Assembly (NCBI GenBank): GCA_045533905.1
Contig: JAZSIR010000008.1
Location: forward strand, 1-64,000
Source of the DNA: Clostridia bacterium
GTDB taxonomy: Bacteria > Bacillota > Clostridia > UMGS1883 > UMGS1540
DNA length: 64,000 bases
Direction of reading: 5' to 3'
The notes under the pieces are model-generated. The model saw only the letters and a list, made by a program, of their open reading frames with translations, was not told where the DNA came from and did no database searches. Below are positions 27,127-36,563 of the stretch, piece after piece. The position numbers and the translations under genes were made by a program. Numbering within the stretch: the first letter of the stretch is position 1; each line of letters opens with the position of its first letter.

Positions 27127-28944
27127 TCAAAACACTTCGAAATTGAAAATGTGTGCGGTAGACGAGCCGTAATCCTCCGTTTTTCTCTCACTATGATACG
27201 TGGTGAGAGGAATCAGACGAACCGCGCGGGTTGTTACATGCAATGCGTGCTTCACAAAACGTTGATGGTTATCACATACCTCAACGGCCGTATCCCAATT
27301 GCCCGACTCGTCCATAATCTGAATCTTATACTGCTTTATTAAGCATTTAGGGAAACCAAAGCTTGTGTAATTGTAGCTCTTGGGGAAAAACAGGGTTGAT
27401 GAGGTATGCAGCGCATCCGGGTTGCCGTCGGTATATTCTCTGTCAAGATCACTGTCAAATACCAACCTGACCCCTTTTACATAAGTGGGAGAATCAAATG
27501 TATACGTAATTGCCTTATTCGTCTTCCCGAAATATCCGTTGTCATTACCCCAGATCCGTCGATCCATGCCGTTTTGAAGCGCGGAGCAATCGCCGTACTC
27601 GCAAGAAAGAATTGCTTGTCTGCTCAATGCCGAGGGGGTGCGGCGCAATCCGGGAAGAAAACAATCATCCTCCATTAAAGCGTCCTGAATCTCTTTGATT
27701 TTGCTGTCTGCCGCCTGCCGCGGGAGAAGCCCCGATTGCACAGCAATAGCGGCTGCAGTTCCAACCGCCTGCCCAATAACACCAATCGTTCCCATAACGC
27801 GGGTTGAACTGAACGCTACGTGCGATGCGCTGATATTCCTGCCAGCGAACATTAAATTATCAATGTTTTTTGAGTAAAGAGCGCGCAGAGGAATGGAATA
27901 CGGTTCGAAAAGTCTGCGCTTTTGCAAATGCCCTCCTCCCTTGGCATTCATATGGAAGCCGCCGGGCAAGTGATTATCAATCTGCCAACCACCGTATGCT
28001 ACCGTGTCCTCGAAATACGGACAGCTTTCGACGTCCTGCTGCGTAAGAACGTAATCGCCCACGTATCTTCTGCTTTCGCGCTTACCCGGCAAGAAACCTA
28101 CCCATTCAAGTTCCCAATTTGCCGCCCCGTGTTCCCCGTGATTTTTCATATGATCCCAGACTCCGAAGGCAATCTTTAAAAGTTCATCTCGAATTTCTTC
28201 CGTGTCATCAATGCTGTTCTGCATACCGCCAAGCTCGATCCAATAAAAATTGGTATTGATAGCGTAAATATTATGCGGCTTATTATTCATGGACGCATCG
28301 TCGGGGAAATCGTACGCCCACGCAGGAGGCGTATACGAGACAGGATGGTCCGTTTCCCGACACTGAAGCAGGATGCTCATACCCATCGTGTGATTATCCG
28401 CAGCTTCAAGCCCGAATTCCTCACCGTGCTCGTTTTTGGCTTCTCTCCCCACCTTATATTCTGCTCCGGTCAAGGGTGCCAAAATACTGTCTCCCGAGCT
28501 GTCAACGAAGATTTTGGCTTCCACTGTGTGCCATGTGTAAGTTGTTAATTGGAATCCCTTGACACTTTTAATCCTACCTTCTTCCATCGTGGCATCGTTA
28601 CAGGTGCAATTGAGAATCAGGTCAATATTCGGTTCAAAGCGCACCTTCTCATAAAGCAGTGCGTCCCACATGCTCCAATTCCGTTTGGGATTACGGTACA
28701 TGTTTTCGAGTTGCAATTCTTCCATAATACCGGTTTCCTGAAGATCTCGCACACGCGTTCCGGCACCCGATATCCACATTCTGATCTCACTACTGGCATT
28801 TCCGCCAAGAACAGGACGGTCATGCATGAGTGCAACTTTGGCTCCATGTCTTGCGGCTGAGATAGCGGTAAACATCCCGCCAATTCCGCCTCCGATTACA
28901 CAAATATCCACCTTGTGATGCTTTACGCCTAGTATGTCCTTCAT
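27127..28944 (-). CDS. FAD-dependent oxidoreductase (FAD_oxidored family) with C-terminal beta-sandwich extension
   Basis: VIGGGIGG, LGGNASSE, DSSGD, GKRESRR, AGRNISASH...STRVM. Confidence 0.88.
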   Translation of the reverse strand: MKDILGVKHHKVDICVIGGGIGGMFTAISAARHGAKVALMHDRPVLGGNASSEIRMWISGAGTRVRDLQETGIMEELQLENMYRNPKRNWSMWDALLYEKVRFEPNIDLILNCTCNDATMEEGRIKSVKGFQLTTYTWHTVEAKIFVDSSGDSILAPLTGAEYKVGREAKNEHGEEFGLEAADNHTMGMSILLQCRETDHPVSYTPPAWAYDFPDDASMNNKPHNIYAINTNFYWIELGGMQNSIDDTEEIRDELLKIAFGVWDHMKNHGEHGAANWELEWVGFLPGKRESRRYVGDYVLTQQDVESCPYFEDTVAYGGWQIDNHLPGGFHMNAKGGGHLQKRRLFEPYSIPLRALYSKNIDNLMFAGRNISASHVAFSSTRVMGTIGVIGQAVGTAAAIAVQSGLLPRQAADSKIKEIQDALMEDDCFLPGLRRTPSALSRQAILSCEYGDCSALQNGMDRRIWGNDNGYFGKTNKAITYTFDSPTYVKGVRLVFDSDLDREYTDGNPDALHTSSTLFFPKSYNYTSFGFPKCLIKQYKIQIMDESGNWDTAVEVCDNHQRFVKHALHVTTRAVRLIPLTTYHSERKTEDYGSSTAHIFNFEVF

Positions 28945-28963
28945 TCTTTTCTCCTCTCTTCTC

Positions 28964-29057
28964 TTGACAATATAAATCTTTATGGTATACTATAGTATAT
29001 TACATCACAAACTAAAAATCTTTTTGTTTTGTGATAAACAAATTGCAAATTGTGATA
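28964..29057. promoter_or_regulatory. Overlapping divergent promoters with AraC-type direct repeats
   Basis: Plus strand TTGACA-16-TATACT; palindrome TATACTATAGTATA (28986-28999); TTGTGATA at 29029 and 29050, 21 bp apart. Confidence 0.55.
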
Positions 29058-29072
29058 TTTTTGGAGGCTTAT

Positions 29073-29963
29073 ATGGAGCTGCTGTCTCACTATATCGAGC
29101 AACAAAAGAAACGGCATCCCGAAATCATGAACTGGAAAAATCATATCGTACTCGATAGGCTTTCCTATTCATACAGAGATACCGTATATAACAGACACAC
29201 ATATCCTTCCAATCTTCACCACCATGACTACTATGAGTTGGTAATTTTTGAAGAGGGAGATATTCACTATATTTGCGCAGATTGCGTATATCATCCCCGT
29301 CGCGGAGATATTATCCTGATTCCACCCGGTACATTTCATATGTCCGTAATTGATTGTGAAAACACCCGCTATAAACGCCATGTATTTTATGTATATCCTT
29401 CAGCATTTGATTCGATCGGGCACAGTGCTCTTACTTCGTTTTTGAAAATGACAAAAAACGGCGAACTTCTTACGCTCTGTTCCGAAGAAGCGAGAGGGGA
29501 GCTCTTAAACCGGCTTCAGCACTTAAAAATCACATTGGACGGGGCACCGTCCCCACTCGATGAGGCTTTGGGTCTTTCGGATGTCATCTACATTTTCTAT
29601 TTACTGAATCAAAGAAAAAGTCAATTTAGAACCGAATCGGTATCGTTGCCCGAAAACATTCTCGCGATACAACGGTATATTGATCATAATTTTTCCCACA
29701 TAGCATCTGTATCAGATGTGGCAGATCATTTCTTTTACAGCAGAGAGTACGTTTCAAGATTATTCAGAAAATATTTTAATACCACAATATCCGCTTATAT
29801 TATGAAGCGTCGAATTGCCAAAAGTCAGGATCTCATATTACAGGGGCTCCCCATGATTGATATTTCTTACCAAGTTGGCTTCGGTTCAGTTTCTACTTTC
29901 ATAAGGACTTTTAAAGCGGTGACCGATATGACCCCCTCAGAATACCGCAATTTTCGAAAATAA
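29073..29963 (+). CDS. AraC family transcriptional regulator
   Basis: Cupin LHHHDYYE...H; C-terminal YVSRLFRK, VGFGSVSTFIRTFK...TPSEYR; GGAGG RBS. Confidence 0.92.
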   Translation: MELLSHYIEQQKKRHPEIMNWKNHIVLDRLSYSYRDTVYNRHTYPSNLHHHDYYELVIFEEGDIHYICADCVYHPRRGDIILIPPGTFHMSVIDCENTRYKRHVFYVYPSAFDSIGHSALTSFLKMTKNGELLTLCSEEARGELLNRLQHLKITLDGAPSPLDEALGLSDVIYIFYLLNQRKSQFRTESVSLPENILAIQRYIDHNFSHIASVSDVADHFFYSREYVSRLFRKYFNTTISAYIMKRRIAKSQDLILQGLPMIDISYQVGFGSVSTFIRTFKAVTDMTPSEYRNFRK

Positions 29964-29976
29964 ATAAATTTTAAAG

Positions 29977-30019
29977 AAAAAGCAGGACATATTCGTAATT
30001 GAATACTGTCCTGCTTTTT
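29977..30019. terminator. Bidirectional terminator
   Basis: AAAAAGCAGGACA-TATTC...GAATAC-TGTCCTGCTTTTT. Confidence 0.7.
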
Positions 30020-30048
30020 CAAAGCTATCCTTTAGAGCGAAGCTCTTT

Positions 30049-30828
30049 TTATAAGGTTTTAAATACGTTCTTGTTTGCTTTTGATTTATAGAGACGGACG
30101 TTCCCGCCACCATAATATGTGATGATTTTTTCGAGAAGATCTACAACGATATATTCACTTTCATAATGCCCGAGTTCAATCACCGACATGCCTTCCTCCA
30201 TGGCCTTTCGGGCGGCACTGTATTTGATATCACCCGTGATGAGTACATCCGCGCCTCGCGCCTTTGCAAGCGAAATGAAGTCTGCGCCGCTTCCTGTGCA
30301 AAGTGCCACACGCGAGACTTCCTTTTCTCCTTCGCCAATGAAACGGATATACGGGAGACGATACATATGTTTAATTTCTCCTGCAAGCGCAGAAAGTGTT
30401 CGCGTACTCGGAAGTATCCCGATTCTGCCAAGGCCTGCATTTTCCGCAGTCTCTAAAGAAGCGGTTTCGGAAAGTCCCAGAAACTGCGCTGCCAGATCAT
30501 TCAGACCGCCGGGCGCGCTATCGAGGTTCGTATGTGCGGAATAGACAGCAATTTTGTTTTCAGCCAAAAACAAAAGGCATTTCCCTTCCGGCGTTTCACT
30601 CGTAATGCTTTTTACAGGATTAAAAATCAAGGGGTGATGGCTTATAATCAGCTCCGCGCCCATAGCTTTCGCTTCCATAGCAACGCCGAGATCCACGTCC
30701 AGCGTTAGTAAAACCGTGGAAACCCCGCGGTTTTTATCCCCAAGCATAAGACCTACATTATCAAAAGAAGCCGCAAGCTCCTTCGGGGCGTACTGTTCAA
30801 TTGCATTTGTAATTTCATAAATTCGCAT
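30049..30828 (-). CDS. Nif3-like dinuclear metal centre protein
   Basis: DNVGL, SHHPLIF, HTNLD, TGD, GHYESE. Confidence 0.92.
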   Translation of the reverse strand: MRIYEITNAIEQYAPKELAASFDNVGLMLGDKNRGVSTVLLTLDVDLGVAMEAKAMGAELIISHHPLIFNPVKSITSETPEGKCLLFLAENKIAVYSAHTNLDSAPGGLNDLAAQFLGLSETASLETAENAGLGRIGILPSTRTLSALAGEIKHMYRLPYIRFIGEGEKEVSRVALCTGSGADFISLAKARGADVLITGDIKYSAARKAMEEGMSVIELGHYESEYIVVDLLEKIITYYGGGNVRLYKSKANKNVFKTL

Positions 30829-30841
30829 GTAAAAACTCCTT

Positions 30842-31879
30842 TTAAAATATCGAGTTTATCAGTGCCGCACTGCGCTCCTCAAGCGCGTCGAAATCCATGG
30901 CCGGCACATACAGTTTTTCTAAAAACCCGTGTGCCGTTTTTGCATCTGCAAACGCATCGATGGCGCGCTGCATAAGGGAGCCTGCATATCCGATATCCTC
31001 GCCCAGGGCCGGCGCATCGGTTTGGTACATATCAAGGTCTATCATTTCCGCGCTCGGCACGTGCGTATATAAATCATACGTTGTAAGCGAGAACCGAAGC
31101 GCCGGAATATAGAGATGCTCCAGTTTTTCCTGCGGCCGTACCGGACAAGAAAAGAGCGTTACCGCATGACCGCGCATACGTGCAATCTCATAAAATCTTT
31201 CCAGAAAAAGCGAGGTGCCATATTTTCCTTTTACGGAAACCGTATACGTATCCCCAAAAACAGTCTCCGCGTAATTTACAAACCCTTCGGGCGTAATGGC
31301 ACTTACAAAAAGTTTTCTTTCACCTTTTGCATTTGCCTGCGTTTTTCCTAAAATGCGATCTGCAAGTTTTTCGGCGTGGACATATATTTCCCCTACGTCC
31401 ATATGTTCCTTATACTCTGCATCCACTTGGCGAAGGAGTGGAAGCGCCGCCGCTAGGTACAGATACCCTTTTGAAAAGGCGCGTTTTTTCCGTTCTTGGT
31501 AGATAGGGAAATAGTCACGGTTTTCGAGAAGTTTTTCCTTTCTAACATGCACAGATACATCAAATATCTCTCCACTAAGGCACGGAAGCACGGGGTCCGC
31601 TATGTGTGGCGCGGTGGCATCCACGATCGCCGTTTTGAGTTGCGGGATATGCACGCCGTCTACCGAAGACGGGTCTGACGAGCAGTGAAACACCTCTGTA
31701 AAAAGCCCCGATTCTCCGGCGCGGCGGATGATTTTCTTCATCAGGGTGGATTTTCCCATTCCGGGACCACCCTTCAAAAAAATCTTTCTCCTCCCGGGTG
31801 CCTCCTCCATAATCTCGTGAAATCTTGAAACAAAGCCTTCGGGCGTATTCACCCCTGCAAACATATGCATTTCTCTCAT
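30842..31879 (-). CDS. P-loop ATPase (PRK06851-like)
   Basis: FAGVNTPEGF, KGGPGMGKST, HCSSDPSSVDG, DATAPH, H..LEKLYVPAMDF. Confidence 0.82.
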   Translation of the reverse strand: MREMHMFAGVNTPEGFVSRFHEIMEEAPGRRKIFLKGGPGMGKSTLMKKIIRRAGESGLFTEVFHCSSDPSSVDGVHIPQLKTAIVDATAPHIADPVLPCLSGEIFDVSVHVRKEKLLENRDYFPIYQERKKRAFSKGYLYLAAALPLLRQVDAEYKEHMDVGEIYVHAEKLADRILGKTQANAKGERKLFVSAITPEGFVNYAETVFGDTYTVSVKGKYGTSLFLERFYEIARMRGHAVTLFSCPVRPQEKLEHLYIPALRFSLTTYDLYTHVPSAEMIDLDMYQTDAPALGEDIGYAGSLMQRAIDAFADAKTAHGFLEKLYVPAMDFDALEERSAALINSIF

Positions 31880-31937
31880 ATGCAAAACTCCTTTCCCTTC
31901 TTATGGTATAGAATTTTTGCATATTTGGTGCCTGTCC

Positions 31938-32810
31938 TTATTCCTCGAGCATTGCGGAAAGTTCTTCCTTGGTAACGACGTATTTCTTATTGCAGAAGTG
32001 ACACGTCAGTTCTGCATTGATTTGTGTGTCGATAATATCCTGAATTTCAGCCTTGCCGAGACTTCTGACAGCACGCTCAATCCTATCCTTCGAGCAGTCA
32101 CATTGATACGCCGTTTCAGAAGTTTCGAACGTGTAAGAAGCAAAGTCGCGCAGTGCAAATGCCAGAATATCTTCCGGTGTTGCACCGTCTTCGAGCATTG
32201 TGGTGATTGCCGGCATTTCCTTGACCATTTCCTCAAGCTTCAGAATCTGTTCATCTGTGGCTTCCGGCATTACCTGGAGTATCATGCCGCCCGCGGCTTT
32301 TACGGAATAGTCGCGGTCCACAAGTACGCCGAGGGCAACTACGGAAGGAATCTGCTCACTTCTTGCATAATAGAGAGCAATATCGTCCCCGATTTCGCCG
32401 GTGCAAAGTCTCACGTGCCCCATATACGGCTCTTTAAGGCCAAAGTCGCGGATAATGCCGAGAGTACCATCCGTACCCACAGCGCCGCCTACATCGAGTT
32501 TTCCGTTTTTAAGCGGCAGATCCACAAGCGGATTTGCCAAATAGCCTTTCACATTGGCATTGCTGTCGCCTACTGCGATAAGCTTTCCGATAGGGCCGCC
32601 GCCATCCACCTGCAAGGTCAGGCTATCCTTCTCGCCCTTCATCATATCACTCATAATGGCGCAGGCGGTAAGAAGCCGCCCGAGTGCGGCCGTTGCCGTA
32701 GGCGAAGTTCCATGAATCTTCTGCGCTTCGTTTGCCATATTGGTTGTAAGTGCCACAGAGGCGCGCACGGCGCCATCTGCCGTAACGGCACGGATAATAT
32801 AATCTTTCAT
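31938..32810 (-). CDS. hslO: Hsp33 redox chaperone
   Basis: ALGRLLT, SEQIPS, CDCS...CHFC zinc motif. Confidence 0.95.
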   Translation of the reverse strand: MKDYIIRAVTADGAVRASVALTTNMANEAQKIHGTSPTATAALGRLLTACAIMSDMMKGEKDSLTLQVDGGGPIGKLIAVGDSNANVKGYLANPLVDLPLKNGKLDVGGAVGTDGTLGIIRDFGLKEPYMGHVRLCTGEIGDDIALYYARSEQIPSVVALGVLVDRDYSVKAAGGMILQVMPEATDEQILKLEEMVKEMPAITTMLEDGATPEDILAFALRDFASYTFETSETAYQCDCSKDRIERAVRSLGKAEIQDIIDTQINAELTCHFCNKKYVVTKEELSAMLEE

Positions 32811-32819
32811 AGTTCCTCC

Positions 32820-33227
32820 TTATAATGCACGGTGACCAAGACCGATAGCCATTTCGTTCAGATGCAAAAGCCCGATACCGAAGAACATACATACACATAC
32901 ATGCTCGCCACTTCGGGCAACGCCGATTTTACCGCCGACATTGAGACCGACAGCTTTCGCCATAATCTGCGAAACGGCCTCGCGCGCGGCACCTGCCACA
33001 GCACCCTCATCGCTGTGATTTGCGCCGATCAGCCCTTCGCGGCGTGCCGCCACAACCGTTCTTTCAATCAGCTTATTGACAGAGGTGATAAATTCACCGC
33101 CAAAATCCACAGCCGCCACCAAAACATCATTTTGGGCGCACTCTGCCTTCATTTTCTGTTCGCTTTCCCTGTCCGGCATCATAGCCATCTGAATCGCGCA
33201 GGTTGCTACCTCTTTACTTCCGTTCAT
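32820..33227 (-). CDS. HutP family protein
   Basis: AAVDFGG, VVAARREGLI, GKIGVAR, IGLGHR. Confidence 0.75.
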   Translation of the reverse strand: MNGSKEVATCAIQMAMMPDRESEQKMKAECAQNDVLVAAVDFGGEFITSVNKLIERTVVAARREGLIGANHSDEGAVAGAAREAVSQIMAKAVGLNVGGKIGVARSGEHVCVCMFFGIGLLHLNEMAIGLGHRAL

Positions 33228-34447
33228 ACCATTTTCTCTCTTTCCGCAATTGCCCAGCCTGCGGCATAGCCCGTGGAAAAGGCAATTTGCAAATTGAATC
33301 CGCCTGTATAGGCGTCTACATCTATCACTTCGCCTGCAAAATACAGACCGCTTACTTTCTTACTTTCCATAGTTTTAGGGTTGATTTCCTCGGAGCTGAC
33401 GCCCCCTGCCGTTACAATTGCCTCGGCAATCGGCCGAAATCCCGCAACAGATAACGAAAAGCGTTTTAGCTGCATAAGTACCCTGCCGCGTTCTTCCTTT
33501 GTTAAAAGGCCCGTTTTTTTGTGCGGCGGAATTTCCGTCCTCGCAATCACAGTATCGATAAGACGCTTTGGTAAAAGGTCATCGAGGGCGTGCAAAAAGT
33601 CCTTCTTCGCATATTTCTCAAAGTCGCGACAAAGACGCCTGTCGAGCATTTCCTCGGAAAGTGCCGGTTTTAAATCGATGGAAACCGTATACGCTTCGCC
33701 TTTTTTCATATGGGCACTTGCACTTAAAACGACGGGGCCGGAAATACCGTCGTGCGTAAAGAGCATCTCCCCAAATTCCTTGTATACACATTTTTCGCCC
33801 TGCCAAACGCTAAGTTCTATGTTTTTAAGGCTGAGACCGGCGAGGTCTAATCGTGGCGTACATACAAGCGGCACAAGTGAGGGGCGCGGTAAAACAATTG
33901 TATGGCCCGTTTCTTTAGCGAACCGATACCCATCACCCGTGGAGCCCGTCTGCGGATAACTGGCACCGCCCGTGGCCACAACCACGGCATCTGCCAACAC
34001 GCCGCGTTCGCCGAGCATTACGCCGTGCACTTTGCCGTCGCGCACCACAATGCGCTCCGCCTTTTTATTGACAATACGAACGCCTTTTTCCAGAAGCCAC
34101 GCGCGAAGCGCAGCTACAATATCCCCTGCCGCATCGCTTTCGGGAAAAACGCGGTTGCCGCGCTCCACCTTCAGCGGCACGCCGCGTTCTTCGAAAAACT
34201 GCATCGTATCCATATTCGAAAAACGACGGAACGCGCTGTGCAGAAAACGTCCGTTTGTGACAACGCTCGAAATGAGTTCCTCGTGGTCGCAGGCGTTTGT
34301 CACATTGCACCGGCCCTTGCCCGTAATGCGAAGCTTGCGGCCGAGCTCTTTATTCTTTTCTACAAGGTACACCTTGGCACCTGCTTCTGCCGCAACGCCT
34401 GCCGCCATCATACCGGCAGGGCCGCCGCCCACTACTACAACCTGCAA
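33224..34447 (-). CDS. HI0933/BaiN-family flavoprotein
   Basis: GGGPAGMMAA, TGKGRCNVTN, GSTGDGY, LFTH, TGGFNLQIAFSTG. Confidence 0.92.
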   Translation of the reverse strand: MQVVVVGGGPAGMMAAGVAAEAGAKVYLVEKNKELGRKLRITGKGRCNVTNACDHEELISSVVTNGRFLHSAFRRFSNMDTMQFFEERGVPLKVERGNRVFPESDAAGDIVAALRAWLLEKGVRIVNKKAERIVVRDGKVHGVMLGERGVLADAVVVATGGASYPQTGSTGDGYRFAKETGHTIVLPRPSLVPLVCTPRLDLAGLSLKNIELSVWQGEKCVYKEFGEMLFTHDGISGPVVLSASAHMKKGEAYTVSIDLKPALSEEMLDRRLCRDFEKYAKKDFLHALDDLLPKRLIDTVIARTEIPPHKKTGLLTKEERGRVLMQLKRFSLSVAGFRPIAEAIVTAGGVSSEEINPKTMESKKVSGLYFAGEVIDVDAYTGGFNLQIAFSTGYAAGWAIAEREKMV

Positions 34448-34451
34448 GCTT

Positions 34452-35171
34452 TTATTTCTCCTTACCTACTACAAAAAATATGCGTTCACTCTCATCTTTT
34501 GGCGCTGAGAATGAAAGATTGTCATACACCCCTAAAACAGAAAGACCTGCGCGTTTTGCAGCGTTTTCAAGTTCCGGCACGGTATAAATACGCTGCGTTT
34601 GCCATTCATCGCAGCGGCGGAACGTGCCGTCCTCTTCACTTACAAAAAACGTAATGTCAAAGTGGCAGAGGTTCCCTTCCGTTTCATTATTCCATACATA
34701 AAATATATCTTCCTCATCGCACACAATTTGCGAATTCCCAAACTCTGTGCGAAGTTTATACGCGCTGTTAATATCAAAAATAAAGAGACCGCCCGGGTTT
34801 AAATAATTCTGCACAAGTGCGAAAAGCTTGTCTATATCCTCCGTGATATAATTCACGCAGTCAAGCGCGCTCACCATCGCATCTACGGTGCCGTACAGTT
34901 CAAAATCCGTCATATCCATATGGAGATATAAAATATCGCTATCCTTTTCTCTTGCGCGAGAAAGCATTTCGACAGAGGCATCGAGGCCTATCATATCATA
35001 CCCCTTAGCTTTAAGGCGCGTGGTAATATTCCCCGTACCGCAGCCAAGTTCGAGCACGAGCAAGGGATTTACCCCGAACTTTTTAAAAACCGCCTCATAA
35101 TACTCTACCCATTTATCATACGGCGTATCCCGCATAACGCGGTCATATATGTTTGAAAAATCACTGTACAT
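34452..35171 (-). CDS. Class I SAM-dependent methyltransferase
   Basis: LELGCGTG, DCVNY, LNPGGLFIFD. Confidence 0.9.
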   Translation of the reverse strand: MYSDFSNIYDRVMRDTPYDKWVEYYEAVFKKFGVNPLLVLELGCGTGNITTRLKAKGYDMIGLDASVEMLSRAREKDSDILYLHMDMTDFELYGTVDAMVSALDCVNYITEDIDKLFALVQNYLNPGGLFIFDINSAYKLRTEFGNSQIVCDEEDIFYVWNNETEGNLCHFDITFFVSEEDGTFRRCDEWQTQRIYTVPELENAAKRAGLSVLGVYDNLSFSAPKDESERIFFVVGKEK

Positions 35172-35916
35172 ACTGCACCTGCCTAAGATATTCGTACATC
35201 AAAACGGCACCGGCCGCCGCCACGTTTAAAGATTCTGCGCCGCCGGGCATAGGAATAAGGATATGCCGCTCGGAAGCCGCAATCACGGCATCCGAAGCGC
35301 CGTTTGCTTCATTACCCAAAATCAGTATGCTCTTTTTGGGGAAAGCTACGCCATATAAAGGCTCTGCCTTTTCAGAAAGCGTGCTACAGAAAGCCGTATA
35401 GCCGGGAAATGCGGGTAAGGTTTCCGCTACGGCTATGGGAAGTGCAAACACGGAGCCCATAGACGCGCGCACCACTTTCGGCGAGAACGGATCTACCGTG
35501 CCCTTCAGAAGAACAACGCCATCGGCGCCCGCCGCATGTGCTGTACGGAAAATCGTGCCGAGGTTTCCGGGGTCCTGCACGCGGTCGCACACAATCACAA
35601 GCCCGCCGCGCGCCACTGCGCTTTCTTCCGCATAGATGGCTTTGGCTGTTGCTAAAATACCTTGCGGTGTTGCCGTGTCAGCAAGACTGTCAAAAAGTTT
35701 TGCCGGCAGTTTATAAAGGTTTTTTGCGCAAGGAATGTCACCCGTGTAATCCTCACGGACGAAAACGGCCGTGAGTTCACCGCCAAAGCCTTCGGCATCC
35801 CGCACAAGGCGCTCTCCTTCCAGGACAGTTTCGCCGCACTTTTTCCGATATGCCGCTGTGCTAAGCTTTCGAATATGTTTTATAATCTGATTTTCTGCGC
35901 TTGTAATTTCAATCAT
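35161..35916 (-). CDS. TrmH/SpoU family RNA methyltransferase
   Basis: QDPGNLGTIFRTA, GNEANG, IPM...ESLNVA. Confidence 0.92.
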   Translation of the reverse strand: MIEITSAENQIIKHIRKLSTAAYRKKCGETVLEGERLVRDAEGFGGELTAVFVREDYTGDIPCAKNLYKLPAKLFDSLADTATPQGILATAKAIYAEESAVARGGLVIVCDRVQDPGNLGTIFRTAHAAGADGVVLLKGTVDPFSPKVVRASMGSVFALPIAVAETLPAFPGYTAFCSTLSEKAEPLYGVAFPKKSILILGNEANGASDAVIAASERHILIPMPGGAESLNVAAAGAVLMYEYLRQVQYVQ

Positions 35917-36554
35917 AATCTTTCAAGACGTTCCTTTTCTCCCAAAACGACCAGAATATCTTCGTTTGCAAATACCGTTTCGGCCACAGGTGCCGCATCG
36001 ATGGTTCCATTTTGCTTTTTGACTGCTAAAATATTGATGCCGAAGCGCTTCCGCACATCGAGCTCGATAATGCTTTTACCCACCCAGTCCTTCGGCACAG
36101 CCATTTCGATGATGCTATGCGTGGGCGAAAGCTGCATATAGTCAAGGAAGGTGTCCGTTGTAAGAAGCTGGGCAAGTCGTCTCCCCATATCGCCTTCCGG
36201 CAAAATCACCTTATCTGCACCTACCATACGGAGCACCTTGGCGTGCATTTCGTTCTGCCCTTTTACGATGATTTTTGCCACTCCGAGTTCCTTTAAAAGT
36301 ACCGTTGCCATGATGCTGTTTTCAAGCGGTTCCCCCATACAGACGATAACGGCATCGAAATTATCCGCGCCGATTTTTTCTAAAACCTCCCGCTCTGTGC
36401 AATCCCCAATCACGGCGTATGTGACCTCATCACGGATAGACTGTACATTTTCTTCTTTCTTATCCATAACCATAACTTCAGCGTTATGATTTGTAAGTGC
36501 CAGGGCGAGGCTACGCCCAAAGCGACCGAGACCTAAAATTAAAAACTTTTTCAT
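35913..36554 (-). CDS. ktrA: K+ uptake regulatory subunit (TrkA/KtrA)
   Basis: GLGRFG RCK_N, GADKVILPE, RCK_C. Confidence 0.88.
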   Translation of the reverse strand: MKKFLILGLGRFGRSLALALTNHNAEVMVMDKKEENVQSIRDEVTYAVIGDCTEREVLEKIGADNFDAVIVCMGEPLENSIMATVLLKELGVAKIIVKGQNEMHAKVLRMVGADKVILPEGDMGRRLAQLLTTDTFLDYMQLSPTHSIIEMAVPKDWVGKSIIELDVRKRFGINILAVKKQNGTIDAAPVAETVFANEDILVVLGEKERLERL

Positions 36555-36563
36555 ATTACACAC

